Assembly: GCA_963696385.1 (NCBI GenBank)
Contig: CAVOKF010000001.1
Location: 288,001-352,000, forward strand
Direction of reading: 5' to 3'
Source of the DNA: an uncultured delta proteobacterium
Lineage (GTDB): Bacteria > Myxococcota_A > Polyangia > Polyangiales > Polyangiaceae
Length of the DNA stretch: 64,000 nt
The translations under genes were made by a program, and so were the position numbers. Under the pieces are notes generated by a model. The model searched no databases. It worked only from the letters and a program-made list of their open reading frames with translations, and was not told the DNA's origin. This document shows, piece by piece, positions 55,375 to 64,000 of the stretch (its first letter is position 1; each line of letters starts with the position of its first letter).

Positions 55375-55401
55375 GCACGCCCGGCAGGACTCGAACCTGC
55401 G
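55375..55401 (-). other. tRNA 3'-end fragment (att-like scar)
   Basis: Minus strand GCAGG-TTCGAGT-CCTGC-CGGGCGTG = T-arm plus 3' acceptor strand; no 5' half. Confidence 0.7.
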
Positions 55402-55642
55402 CCCCGTTGCGGTGAGCCTCGATCGGCATGGGACGTATCCGTACAGTCCTCGCAGTACAGCGTCGCCGTGCCGGCGGACCCATCCGACCGCTCCCCATCG
55501 AGCTCCTCCCGCTCCGCCGGATCGTCTCCAGCTGGGCTCGGCGACGCGCGCGGGGCCCGTGCGGCTCGCTCACTGGCGAGCTGGCGCGCATCCTGGCGCG
55601 TGGGAGCTCTGAGACGATTCCTCTTCGCCGGACGGCGTCTTG

Positions 55643-57175
55643 TCAGCTACCGCTGGCGTGATGGTCGCGGCGCGCGAACCATCTCGCTGCAGCTCGCATG
55701 ACGTCCTTCGCACTAGGAGTCGTCTCGCTCGCCCATGCCACGAACCCATCGGGACGCACGAGCACGGCGCGGAGGCCAAGGCGATCCTTGGTGTCGCTCG
55801 CCAGGTACCTGACGCGGTCGCCCCAGAGCCCATCGAGCGCGGCCAGCGATGCTTCCCCACCGAAGTCGAGCAACAACCCGTGGCCATCACGGAGCAGCGT
55901 GCCGACCCGCGTCCCGTTCTCAAGCTCGAAGTCCGGGCAACTGCGGCCCACGAGCGGGTGCTCGTCGCCGAGGTCGTAGCGGAGGGATACACCCCAGACG
56001 CGCTCCGCGAAGTAGGTCGCGCCGTCGCCCGTGTCGATCAGGTCGCGGACGACGGCGTGGAGCGCGCGGGAGCTCGGTCGCATCAGCGCGACCTGGGCCC
56101 GTGTCCAGTCGAGGGTGCGTGCCCCGATCGGATGCCGCTCCGCGGTGTAGCTGTCGAGCAAGCCATCGGGGGCATCCCCCCGAAGGGTCGCAGCGAGCTT
56201 CCACCCGAGGTTCATGGCGTCTCCGAGCCCGAGGTTCAAGCCTTGTCCGCCTAGCGGTGAATGAATGTGCGCGGCGTCGCCCGCCAAGAGCACGCTTCCC
56301 TTGCGGTAAGTCGTTGCTTGGTGCGAGCGGTCGGTCCACGTCGAGACGAGGTGCAACGCAGTGAGGGTCACGTCCGTGTTGGACACGCGCCGCAGCACGG
56401 CTTGCACGTGTTCGCACGAGATCGGCTCTGCGCGATGGGAGGCCCCGCCGTCGAAGTCGGCAAACGCGAGAAAACCTGGTTGCGCTTGCGTGTAGTTGCC
56501 AGTCGGTGTGGCTTGCCGGCCCATGCGGAGCTTCTCCGGGTCGGCGATGTCGACGTGGACCGAGTATCCCGTGAACTCGGGATCGGTGCCGACGAAGTCG
56601 AAGCCGCCCAGCTTGCGGACGGTGCTGCGGCCGCCATCGCAACCCACGAGAAATCGCGCGCGAAAGCGCTCTTCGCCAGCATGGACGGTGACTTCATCGT
56701 TCGAAGTCTCGAAACCGTCGACGCCGCGGCCGCGCTGGATCTCGACGCCGGCGGAGATCGCGTGAGCGGAGAGCACGCCTTCGATCTGCTCCATCGCGCT
56801 CCCGAGCTGGATGGAGGACGGGCCCGGCAGTCGATACGTCCACCGCGTCGCGTCGATGAGGCCGTGGTCGAACTGGATGCCCGCGAAGTGGCCGGCCGGC
56901 CCGCGCTGCGCTGCCCCGGGCGTCGGCTGGCTCGACTGGCCGGGCGCACCCGCGGGACGCGATTCGGCCGCAATCCGTTCCAGAAGCCCGCGCCGGTAGA
57001 AAGCTTCGATGCTTGGGCCCCAGAGCCCTCGCAGTCCAAACGGAAGCCGCTTGAGCGGCGACCGCGGATCCTCCGATTGTTCGAGCACCAGCACGGAGAG
57101 CTTCGCGAGCCGCAGCGCGCAGGCGAGGAACAGCCCGACGGGGCCGGCCCCTGCGATGATTACGTCGTAGACCAT
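55643..57175 (-). CDS. FAD-dependent monooxygenase (PheA/TfdB, aromatic hydroxylase family)
   Basis: GAGPVG, VGCDGGRSTVR, LAGDAAHIHSPLGGQGLN and LVRPDG motifs. Confidence 0.95.
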   Translation of the reverse strand: MVYDVIIAGAGPVGLFLACALRLAKLSVLVLEQSEDPRSPLKRLPFGLRGLWGPSIEAFYRRGLLERIAAESRPAGAPGQSSQPTPGAAQRGPAGHFAGIQFDHGLIDATRWTYRLPGPSSIQLGSAMEQIEGVLSAHAISAGVEIQRGRGVDGFETSNDEVTVHAGEERFRARFLVGCDGGRSTVRKLGGFDFVGTDPEFTGYSVHVDIADPEKLRMGRQATPTGNYTQAQPGFLAFADFDGGASHRAEPISCEHVQAVLRRVSNTDVTLTALHLVSTWTDRSHQATTYRKGSVLLAGDAAHIHSPLGGQGLNLGLGDAMNLGWKLAATLRGDAPDGLLDSYTAERHPIGARTLDWTRAQVALMRPSSRALHAVVRDLIDTGDGATYFAERVWGVSLRYDLGDEHPLVGRSCPDFELENGTRVGTLLRDGHGLLLDFGGEASLAALDGLWGDRVRYLASDTKDRLGLRAVLVRPDGFVAWASETTPSAKDVMRAAARWFARRDHHASGS

Positions 57176-57427
57176 GCCCAGCAACGTACGGTCGGGCGTC
57201 GTTGACCGCATTCTTCATCCCGACAAAGTATTTCGCAAAACGGACATGCCCACGAGACGCGGACCTTGAAGGCGAATCCACTGACGGGCTCGACGTTTCG
57301 CGGAGAGATCCACACTGCGCGTGACGCCCGCGGCGAAACGGTGCCGCGCGAAGCGTTGGCGCGCCACTTCGTGCTCGAGGCGAGCGGGCGAGTGAAGACC
57401 GTGGTCGCGCGCCGCGCACACGCCGTG

Positions 57428-57625
57428 GGTCTCATCATCGCGAGCGGTGGCCTCGAGAGCCAGCCGCACGCCCATCGCGAGGCCCAGGTCATGGTTCTCG
57501 TCCGCGGCGAGCTCACGTGCGAGTCGGCCGGCGCGCTCTGGATCGTGCCGCCGAACTCGGCGCTCTGGATCCCCCCGTCGGTCACCCATCGCATCCGGGC
57601 GCGGGCGCCGCTCGAGGGCTACGAA
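57428..57625 (+). pseudogene. AraC-family cupin domain remnant (no HTH)
   Basis: PHAHREAQ...WIVPPNSALWIPPSVTH, then similarity ends. Confidence 0.7.
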
Positions 57626-57684
57626 AAGGGCGAGAATGGGCGCTCGAAGCGTCGAAAACGAAGTGGCGTCAGGCGATTGCAGCG

Positions 57685-57951
57685 CTACTTCAACTGACTG
57701 TCTTTGCTGCCCCGGCGGTTATAGAGGCTCTGGTGCACATCAAGCCGGTCCGCCTCGGATTGGCACGGGACGCACCTCCGGACGCCTGGCAATGCTTGGC
57801 GCCGCGCTTCGGGGATCGGCTCGCCGCACTCCTCACAGGCGAGGAGGCTCTCTCCCTGCGCGAGCCGGCTCCGCGTCCGTTTGACAGCGCTATCGACCGT
57901 CGCGTCGATTTGATCTTGCACCGCACCGTCCTGCGCCCAACCGACCGCCAT
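57685..57951 (-). CDS. ybiI: DksA/TraR C4 zinc-finger protein (YbiI-like)
   Basis: MAVGWAQDGAVQDQID, CEECGEPIPEARR, CVPCQ and NRRGSKDSQL. Confidence 0.9.
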   Translation of the reverse strand: MAVGWAQDGAVQDQIDATVDSAVKRTRSRLAQGESLLACEECGEPIPEARRQALPGVRRCVPCQSEADRLDVHQSLYNRRGSKDSQLK

Positions 57952-58132
57952 GGACAAAACATAGGGCAAGGACGGACGGTGTCGAGGCGTCGCCGGAGCG
58001 GCGGCTTGCTCCGCGGCGTTCAGCCGGCGCTGAGCTGTCCGATGTCGGCGCTCAGCGCTCGGGGAGCCGAGCGCGGCGGCATTGGATGTCGACTTCGCCA
58101 TGGTGACCGAAGGATTTCGCAGTGCGGGGCCT

Positions 58133-58783
58133 TCAAGTCTTTGCCAGGGCCGCGATGTCCGGGACCTCGACCACGCTCTTCGGCGCTCCGGAGAGCACGC
58201 ACCGGATCATCGCCTTGCCCACTTCGTTCAGCGTGAGCGTCGGGAAGAACAGCGCCATGACGGGGAGGAGCGGCAGCATCACGCGGTAGCTTCGTTTGAG
58301 GTTCTTCTGCCCAGGCACGGGCTTCATCAGACCGGGGCGGAAGTTGTAGACCGCGCGGAAACCGAGCCGCATCAGCGTGTTCTCCGCCTTGCCCTTCACG
58401 CGCGTCCACATGACCTTGCCCTGCTCGGTGCCGTCCGTGCCCGCGCCCGTGACGTGTACGAGAACCATGTCCGGGTTGAGCCGGGCAAGCGTGGTCGCGA
58501 AGGCCACCGGAGTGTCATACGCCGCGACGGTGTAATCGGCCTCGCTCATTCCCACCGAGCTGACCCCGGCGCAGTAGAAGCAGGCGTCGTACCCGGCGAG
58601 CCGCGCCTCGACGGCCCCCAGCTCACGGAAGTCGGCGACCAAGCACTCCTCGAGCTTCAGGTGCGTGTGCCCGCACGGCTTGCGCGCCACCGAAAGGACG
58701 CGCTCGACGACGGGGTTCGCGAGGCACTCCAGGAGCACACCTTCGCCGACCATGCCGGTGGCGCCGGTAACGATGACCTTCAT
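58133..58783 (-). CDS. NAD-dependent epimerase/dehydratase family protein
   Basis: VTGATGMVGEG, GYDACFYCAGVSSVGM and VKGKAEN. Confidence 0.9.
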   Translation of the reverse strand: MKVIVTGATGMVGEGVLLECLANPVVERVLSVARKPCGHTHLKLEECLVADFRELGAVEARLAGYDACFYCAGVSSVGMSEADYTVAAYDTPVAFATTLARLNPDMVLVHVTGAGTDGTEQGKVMWTRVKGKAENTLMRLGFRAVYNFRPGLMKPVPGQKNLKRSYRVMLPLLPVMALFFPTLTLNEVGKAMIRCVLSGAPKSVVEVPDIAALAKT

Positions 58784-58961
58784 GCCGGAGAGCATCGGCC
58801 TGCCGCACGGTCGCCGCAAGCCGCGGAACGATGCGCAGAACACGGCATGGCTTCGGCCGCGACTCGCGGGGACATCGTGTGCACGTCCGATGTTGGCGAC
58901 GGACTGATCGGCTGCTTGTCAGTCGTAGCTTCGTGTCCCCAAGAAGCCGCCGAAGTCTCAG

Positions 58962-59867
58962 TCATCTCAGGGCCCGCACGGCGAGCTCTTTCGCGGCATC
59001 GACGAACAGACGAAGCGACGCGGACCGCCGTGCGACGCTTGGGAAGTAGAGGAAGAAGCCAGGAACCGTCGGGGCGTACCGCTCGAGAACCACCTTCAGC
59101 CGCTGGGTGCGTAGTGGCTCGATGACCATCGGCTCCAAGGCGTACACGAGCCCCAAGTCCTGTTCGGCGAGAAAGGCGTTGAGGCGCGCGTCGCCGCTGA
59201 CAACGCCTCCGCGAACAGCCACGCGCCAGTTCCGGCGCCCGCGCTCCAGCTCCCAGGCGTAGAGCGCTCCCGATGTCTGTCGGAAGGTGATGCATTCGTG
59301 GCGCAGGAGGTCCTCGGGGCGCTGCGGCGTACCGTGGCGCGCGAGGTAGCCAGGGGAGCCCACGACGACGAACCGAAAGGCATCGGTCAGGCGCACCTGC
59401 ACCATGTCGCGCTCGATGGCCTCGCTCAGTCGGACCCCCGCGTCGTACCCCTCCGCGACGATGTCCACGAAGCGGTCCTCGATGACGACCTCGACCTCGA
59501 CCCGCGGGTGACGCGCGCGAAACTTGGGAATCACCGGATCGATCACGAACGGTACCGCCGCTCGCGGCACCGACAGCCGCAGTCGACCCACCGTCTCTCC
59601 CGGCTGTGCGGAGACTTCGGCGAGGGCGGCCACCACTTGTCCCACCGATGGCCCCGCGCCATCGACGAGGCGCCTGCCCGCATCCGTCAGCGACACGCTA
59701 CGGGTCGTGCGGGCAAGCAGGACCACGCGAAGCTGCTCCTCGAGCTGCCGCACCGACTGGCTCACGGCGGACCTCGAAACGCCGAGCTCCCGCGCCGCGC
59801 CGCTGAAGCTGCGATGGCGCGCCACGGCGAGGAACGACTGGAGCTGCGGGAACGGAGCCGTGCTCAT
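58962..59867 (-). CDS. LysR family transcriptional regulator
   Basis: SFSGAARELGVSRSAVSQ, RTTRSVSLTDAG and DIVAEGYDAGVR; divergent from the SDR gene. Confidence 0.95.
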   Translation of the reverse strand: MSTAPFPQLQSFLAVARHRSFSGAARELGVSRSAVSQSVRQLEEQLRVVLLARTTRSVSLTDAGRRLVDGAGPSVGQVVAALAEVSAQPGETVGRLRLSVPRAAVPFVIDPVIPKFRARHPRVEVEVVIEDRFVDIVAEGYDAGVRLSEAIERDMVQVRLTDAFRFVVVGSPGYLARHGTPQRPEDLLRHECITFRQTSGALYAWELERGRRNWRVAVRGGVVSGDARLNAFLAEQDLGLVYALEPMVIEPLRTQRLKVVLERYAPTVPGFFLYFPSVARRSASLRLFVDAAKELAVRALR

Positions 59868-60018
59868 GGGTCGAGAAGGTCGCGAACCGGCGAGGATTGT
59901 CAAGAACTGCTAAACAGCCTGTCGCGTAGGGACCGTCTACCCCGCCGCGGGCGCCGAGCGCATTCTTCGTCGCGTCGGTCCGGTTCGTGCCCCGAAGGCG
60001 CGTGAAGGAGGAGATGCC

Positions 60019-60879
60019 ATGAGCAAGAAGGTCTGGTTCATCACGGGCGCGGGTCGCGGCATGGGCCTCGACTTCGCAAAGGCGGCGCTGGCGGCCAACC
60101 ACGCCGTCGTGGCCACGGGCCGGGACCCCGACCGCGTGTCCAGAGCGCTGGGTCCGTCGAACGATCTGCTAACGGTGAAGCTGGACGTCACGCGTCGCGC
60201 CGATGCCGAAGCGGCGGTGCGCGCCGGCGTCGATCGGTTCGGGCGCATCGACGTGCTGGTCAACAACGCGGCCAGCTTCTACGCCGGTTACTTCGAGGAG
60301 CTGTCGCCGGAGCAGATGGATCGGCAACTGGCGGCGAGCCTCACTGGACCCATGAACGTCACCCGCGCCGTCCTGCCGGTGATGCGCAAGCAGCGCTCGG
60401 GGCACGTCCTCGCGATCTCCTCCTCGGCGGGCCTCACGGGCTTCGAGTTCTGCAGCGCCTACGCGGCGTCAAAGTTCGGCCTCGAGGGCTGGATGGAGTC
60501 GCTCGCGCCCGAGGTCGAGCCGTTCGGCATCGCTACCACTATCGTCAACCCCGGGTTCTTCCGCACGGAGCTCCTCTCGGAGCAATCGACGAGCTACGCC
60601 GAGCCGTCGATCAGCGACTACAGCGAGCGCAGAGCGAAGCAGCTCGAATTCTGGAGAGCCCAGAACGGCAAGCAGGGGGGCGACCCCGCAAAGCTCGCGA
60701 AGGCCCTCATCACCCTTACCGACCAGGAGCGCCCCCCACTGCGCTTCATCGCGGGGGCCGATGCGATCGGGACGGCCGAGCAGACGGTCGCCACGCTTCG
60801 GCAGCAGATCGATGCGTACCGCGGCCTATCCTCCTCGCTCGCGTTCGACGAGGCCATCACTGCCGGCAGCGCGACGTAG
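60019..60879 (+). CDS. SDR family oxidoreductase
   Basis: [15 protein letters not shown] and YAASKF; AAGGAGG RBS. Confidence 0.95.
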   Translation: MSKKVWFITGAGRGMGLDFAKAALAANHAVVATGRDPDRVSRALGPSNDLLTVKLDVTRRADAEAAVRAGVDRFGRIDVLVNNAASFYAGYFEELSPEQMDRQLAASLTGPMNVTRAVLPVMRKQRSGHVLAISSSAGLTGFEFCSAYAASKFGLEGWMESLAPEVEPFGIATTIVNPGFFRTELLSEQSTSYAEPSISDYSERRAKQLEFWRAQNGKQGGDPAKLAKALITLTDQERPPLRFIAGADAIGTAEQTVATLRQQIDAYRGLSSSLAFDEAITAGSAT

Positions 60880-60904
60880 TCCGACGAAAGAGCAGGTACG
60901 AAAC

Positions 60905-61133
60905 ATGGATCTCAAGCGAAGCGGCTTGCAGCCGTCCCAGAAGGCGCCTGCCGAGCATTTCACCGGCACCGTTCGCCTCGACCCACTGTTCCAGGCGACC
61001 GCGCCCGGGCGCGTCGGCGGCGCGTACGTGACGTTCGAGCCTTGCGCGCGCAGCGACTGGCACACGCACCCGCTCGGGACAGACGCTCATCGTCACGCTC
61101 GGGTGTGGTCTTCACCAGCGCTGGGCAGGACCG
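60905..61133 (+). pseudogene. Cupin-domain gene, frameshifted and truncated by an IS end
   Basis: [11 protein letters not shown]...[17 protein letters not shown], an extra G, then [10 protein letters not shown]; cut at the IS terminal repeat. Confidence 0.8.
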
Positions 61134-61840
61134 CGTGATGTCCGAAAAGCCGTCGCCGCTCTTCACGCAGCCTCGCGACGGTAGAAATTGAGGAGTCCGC
61201 CGAGACGCGATCGACACCCGATCGCGCCAAGCGACGCTTTGTCGTTGCTCGGCGACGGCGTCGGCCTGATGATTTGGCTGCCAAGTCCTTGGTGGTAGCG
61301 CTCGGTGTGGTAATGGGCGGCGAACTCGCGGATCAGATGCCGCAGGTGGCGCTCGCCGAAGATGACGAAGCGGTCCAAGCACTCGCTGCGGATGCTCTTC
61401 ACGAAACGCTCGGCGTGGGGGTTGCAATTTGGACTTCGCGCCGGAATGGGCACGCAGGTCACGCGGCCAGTCTCGAGCAGCGCCGTCCATGCCTCGGTGA
61501 ACACGGGGTCCCGATCGTGGATCAGATGGCTCGCGTTTCGCAGAAATCCGTCTACCGGATCCAGAAGATTGCGGGCAATCTGCTTCATCCAATCGCCGTC
61601 CGGGGCGATGCGGACCCCGGCGATCCGCACGGCGCGGGTCTTGATGCACATGACGAAGAACACCATGGTGCGGACGGTCCCGAACATGCCCAAGACTTCG
61701 ACGCTGAAGAAGTCGCACGCGTACAGCGTCTCCCAGTGGCTTTTGAGGAAGTGCGCCCAGGTCCGTTTGCGATTGCGATCCGGCGCCGGCTCTACGCCGG
61801 CGTCCGCCAGGATCGACGATGGGTTTCCGGACAGGACGCG
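61132..61840 (-). mobile_element. Internally deleted IS (integrase-core/IS481-like) with imperfect terminal inverted repeats
   Basis: 61132-61155 matches the reverse complement of 61817-61840 at 19/24 positions; it encloses a transposase C-terminal part. Confidence 0.75.
61163..61815 (-). pseudogene. Integrase-core (DDE) transposase, 5'-truncated
   Basis: ACDFF, LIHDRD, PNCNPHAERFVKSIRSECLD, YHTERYHQGL and RLGGLL motifs; N-terminal HTH part absent. Confidence 0.88.
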
Positions 61841-62135
61841 TTCCGGAGAGACGAGTCTTTGCGCCACTTTGCTTGACGCTGACGCCGTTACGCGTGATGC
61901 TTTCTCGATGACCGAATCTCGGTCATTTCGATGCTGAGAGATTCGGTAGTGTCCACATGGATGCGATGGGCGCTGTGTGGCGGGCACGCTCTTTTCGTCG
62001 AGGAATATCTCACAGGATCGACCGTTCGAGCCCCCGCTCTGAAGCGTGGCCCATGCGGCGCGGTGTTTCTGGACGAAGCGGTCGCCCGGACGCGTGCGAT
62101 TGGCCAAGAAAGAACGCGTGGCGACCACGGAGTTC

Positions 62136-62666
62136 ATGGCCCCCGAACCCGTCAGCGCATTGCGCATCGTCGAGTGCTCGGCTTCGTCCTACCGGTCGTC
62201 GGGGTCCTCGGCCGACCGACTTGGCCAACCGGCGGGCCGGGGGTTGCTCGTCGACCACGACGATCTCGCGCGAGCAAGCCATGCCAGCATCCTGAGGAGT
62301 GCCGGCTGGCTGGTTGTCGAGAAGCGAGACTCGAAGCAGGCTGCAAGTCCGGACCAAGAAGCTTCGCGAGCTCGGCTTTCGGATCGCGGTCGATGACCTC
62401 GGCGCAGGCTACGCGAGGGCTCTCGCGCTTCACCCTTCTGGAGCCGGACTACGTGAAACTCGACGCGTCCTTAATCCGATCGATCGACGCGTCTCCTCAA
62501 AAGCGGAGCATCGTCCGGGCGATGTTGCAACTGGCCTCCTGCGACCTCGGCGTGGGCCGTCGAGATGCCCCAGGAGCGCGACGCGCTCGTGGCGCTCGCT
62601 GCCGAGATGTTGCAAGGGTTTCTGTTCGCCCCACCAAGCCGGGGCTTCGTGGAACCTGCGTGGTAG
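62136..62666 (+). pseudogene. Degraded REC-EAL phosphodiesterase gene
   Basis: Receiver-like start, then GFRIAVDDLGAGY, EPDYVKLDASLIR and LQGFLFA in three different frames. Confidence 0.8.
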
Positions 62667-62816
62667 GCTGCCCGCGTCGGCGACTCGCTTGCGCCACGGC
62701 CGGTGGCGATTGGGGCGCCCGATGGGCGCGGCCCCCGGTCGCCGTCGACGGGAGCGCGCCCAGAGCCGTGGCGCGCGTCGGAACGTGGAGCGCTGCGTGC
62801 AGGGAGGGGCGATCCA

Positions 62817-64000
62817 TTGACTGAATTCGGGGGTCATCGCCGGGATTCGCGCTCGGAGGGGGGCGGAGAGGCGGCCATTCAAACGGCCTCGCCGTTCCCT
62901 CGCGCGATCGGACGCTACGTCTTGTACGACGAGCTCGCATCGGGGGGCATGGCCGCCGTGCACTTCGGGCGTCTCCTGGGGCCGGCGGGGTTCGCGCGGC
63001 CCGTCGCCATCAAGCGTCTTCATGCCCAGTACGCGCGCGATCCCGAATTCGTGAGAATGTTCCTCGACGAGGCCCGCCTGGCCGCCCGGATTCAACATCC
63101 CAACGTCGTGCCGATGCTGGATGCTTTGAGGGTCAAAGGCGAAGTGTTTCTCGTGATGGATTACGTGGCAGGCGCCAGCCTGTCGCACCTCAATCGTCTC
63201 ATGAGGCGGCGCGACGAGCGCATCCCGCCGCTCGTCGCCGTGGCCATCGTCGCCGGGATGCTTCAGGGCTTGCACGCGGCTCACGAGGCGAAGGACGAGC
63301 AGGGAGCGCACCTCGAGATCGTGCACCGCGACGTCTCGCCCCAGAACGCCCTGGTCGGAACCGACGGCATCACGCGCCTCATCGACTTCGGGGTCGCGAA
63401 GGCGACCGGGCGCCTGCAAAGCACGCGCAGCGGTCAGCTCAAGGGCAAGCTTGCCTATATGGCGCCCGAGCAAGTGCGGGGGGAGCCCGTGACCCGCCGT
63501 GCGGACGTCTACAGCGCGTCGGTCATCCTCTGGGAGACGCTGACCTCCAAGCGCCTCTTCGAAGCCGACAACGAAGCGAATCTTCTTTCGAAGATGCTCA
63601 CGGCGCAGGTGTCCGTTCCGAGCTCGATCGTTTCGGACCTACCGCGATCCCTCGACCGCGCCGTGATGCGCGGCCTGCACCGCGATCCGGCCAAGCGCTA
63701 CGAAAGCGCCCGCGAGATGGCCGCGCACATCGAGGCGTGCATCGGGGTCGCTTCCCCGTCCGAGATCAGCGATTGGCTCGAGCGAACGGTCGGTGACGAG
63801 CTGAGAGAGCGTGCCGCTCGGATCGAATCGCTCAAGCGCGACGGCGGACAGATCGTCGGCAGCGCCGGGGCGGACAGCTCCACCATCGCTGCGGCCGATG
63901 CGCTGACCATCGGCGGCAAGCGCATCACGGCGACGTCGCAGACGGCCGTTCGCATTGGACTCTTTCTGAGGGCGCTCGACAACGAATACCAGCACCTTCA
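62817..64000 (+). CDS. Ser/Thr protein kinase, runs off the window end (absent from the ORF track)
   Basis: One frame carries GRYVLYDELASGGMAAV, VAIK, HRDVSPQN (VHRD from 63321), DFG and YMAPE; TTG start with a GGAGG RBS. Confidence 0.93.
   Translation, partial: MTEFGGHRRDSRSEGGGEAAIQTASPFPRAIGRYVLYDELASGGMAAVHFGRLLGPAGFARPVAIKRLHAQYARDPEFVRMFLDEARLAARIQHPNVVPMLDALRVKGEVFLVMDYVAGASLSHLNRLMRRRDERIPPLVAVAIVAGMLQGLHAAHEAKDEQGAHLEIVHRDVSPQNALVGTDGITRLIDFGVAKATGRLQSTRSGQLKGKLAYMAPEQVRGEPVTRRADVYSASVILWETLTSKRLFEADNEANLLSKMLTAQVSVPSSIVSDLPRSLDRAVMRGLHRDPAKRYESAREMAAHIEACIGVASPSEISDWLERTVGDELRERAARIESLKRDGGQIVGSAGADSSTIAAADALTIGGKRITATSQTAVRIGLFLRALDNEYQHL

Noticed and set aside
55375..55450. Complete tRNA gene
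   Set aside because: No 5' acceptor strand, D-arm or anticodon arm at the expected positions.
55643..57175. Calling the monooxygenase a rifampin/tetracycline resistance gene
   Set aside because: Family motifs do not define the substrate; a phylogeny would be needed.
62787..62800. sigma54 promoter before the last kinase
   Set aside because: GG-N10-GC is present but the flanks match weakly, and the GGAGG RBS would fall outside the transcript.

Overview
High-GC bacterial DNA with the gene repertoire of a myxobacterium, probably Polyangia-like. This is inferred from the Ser/Thr kinases, the TPR/PEGA protein, a DUF1592/DUF1552 pair, lipoproteins with DAG/Ser-rich linkers and many sigma54 promoters. 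Bases 1-32 kb hold mostly intact genes: cytochrome c-FTR1 iron permease, a Cpx-like two-component system, pectate lyase, SF2 helicase, PAS hybrid kinases, rhomboid protease, a lipoprotein/ferritin-like pair, SGNH hydrolase and an FGE-domain protein. Bases 32-64 kb are a plasticity zone where intact genes alternate with many short gene remnants, IS fragments, toxin-antitoxin modules and a tRNA 3'-end att scar. The best candidates for new biology are: (1) a three-gene unit (DUF4395-like membrane protein, Cys-cluster histidine kinase, sigma54 activator) whose enhancer/promoter module is present twice in inverted orientation and points at a GFA gene and at mddA; (2) a RelE/Gp49-type toxin carrying a ~135-aa insertion next to an HTH antitoxin; (3) a sigma54-driven lipoprotein with repeated G-I-(A/V)-(A/V)-x-P-E-D motifs coupled to a diiron ferritin-like enzyme. 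No rRNA, complete tRNA or CRISPR array was seen. All family calls are by eye from motifs; no database search was run.
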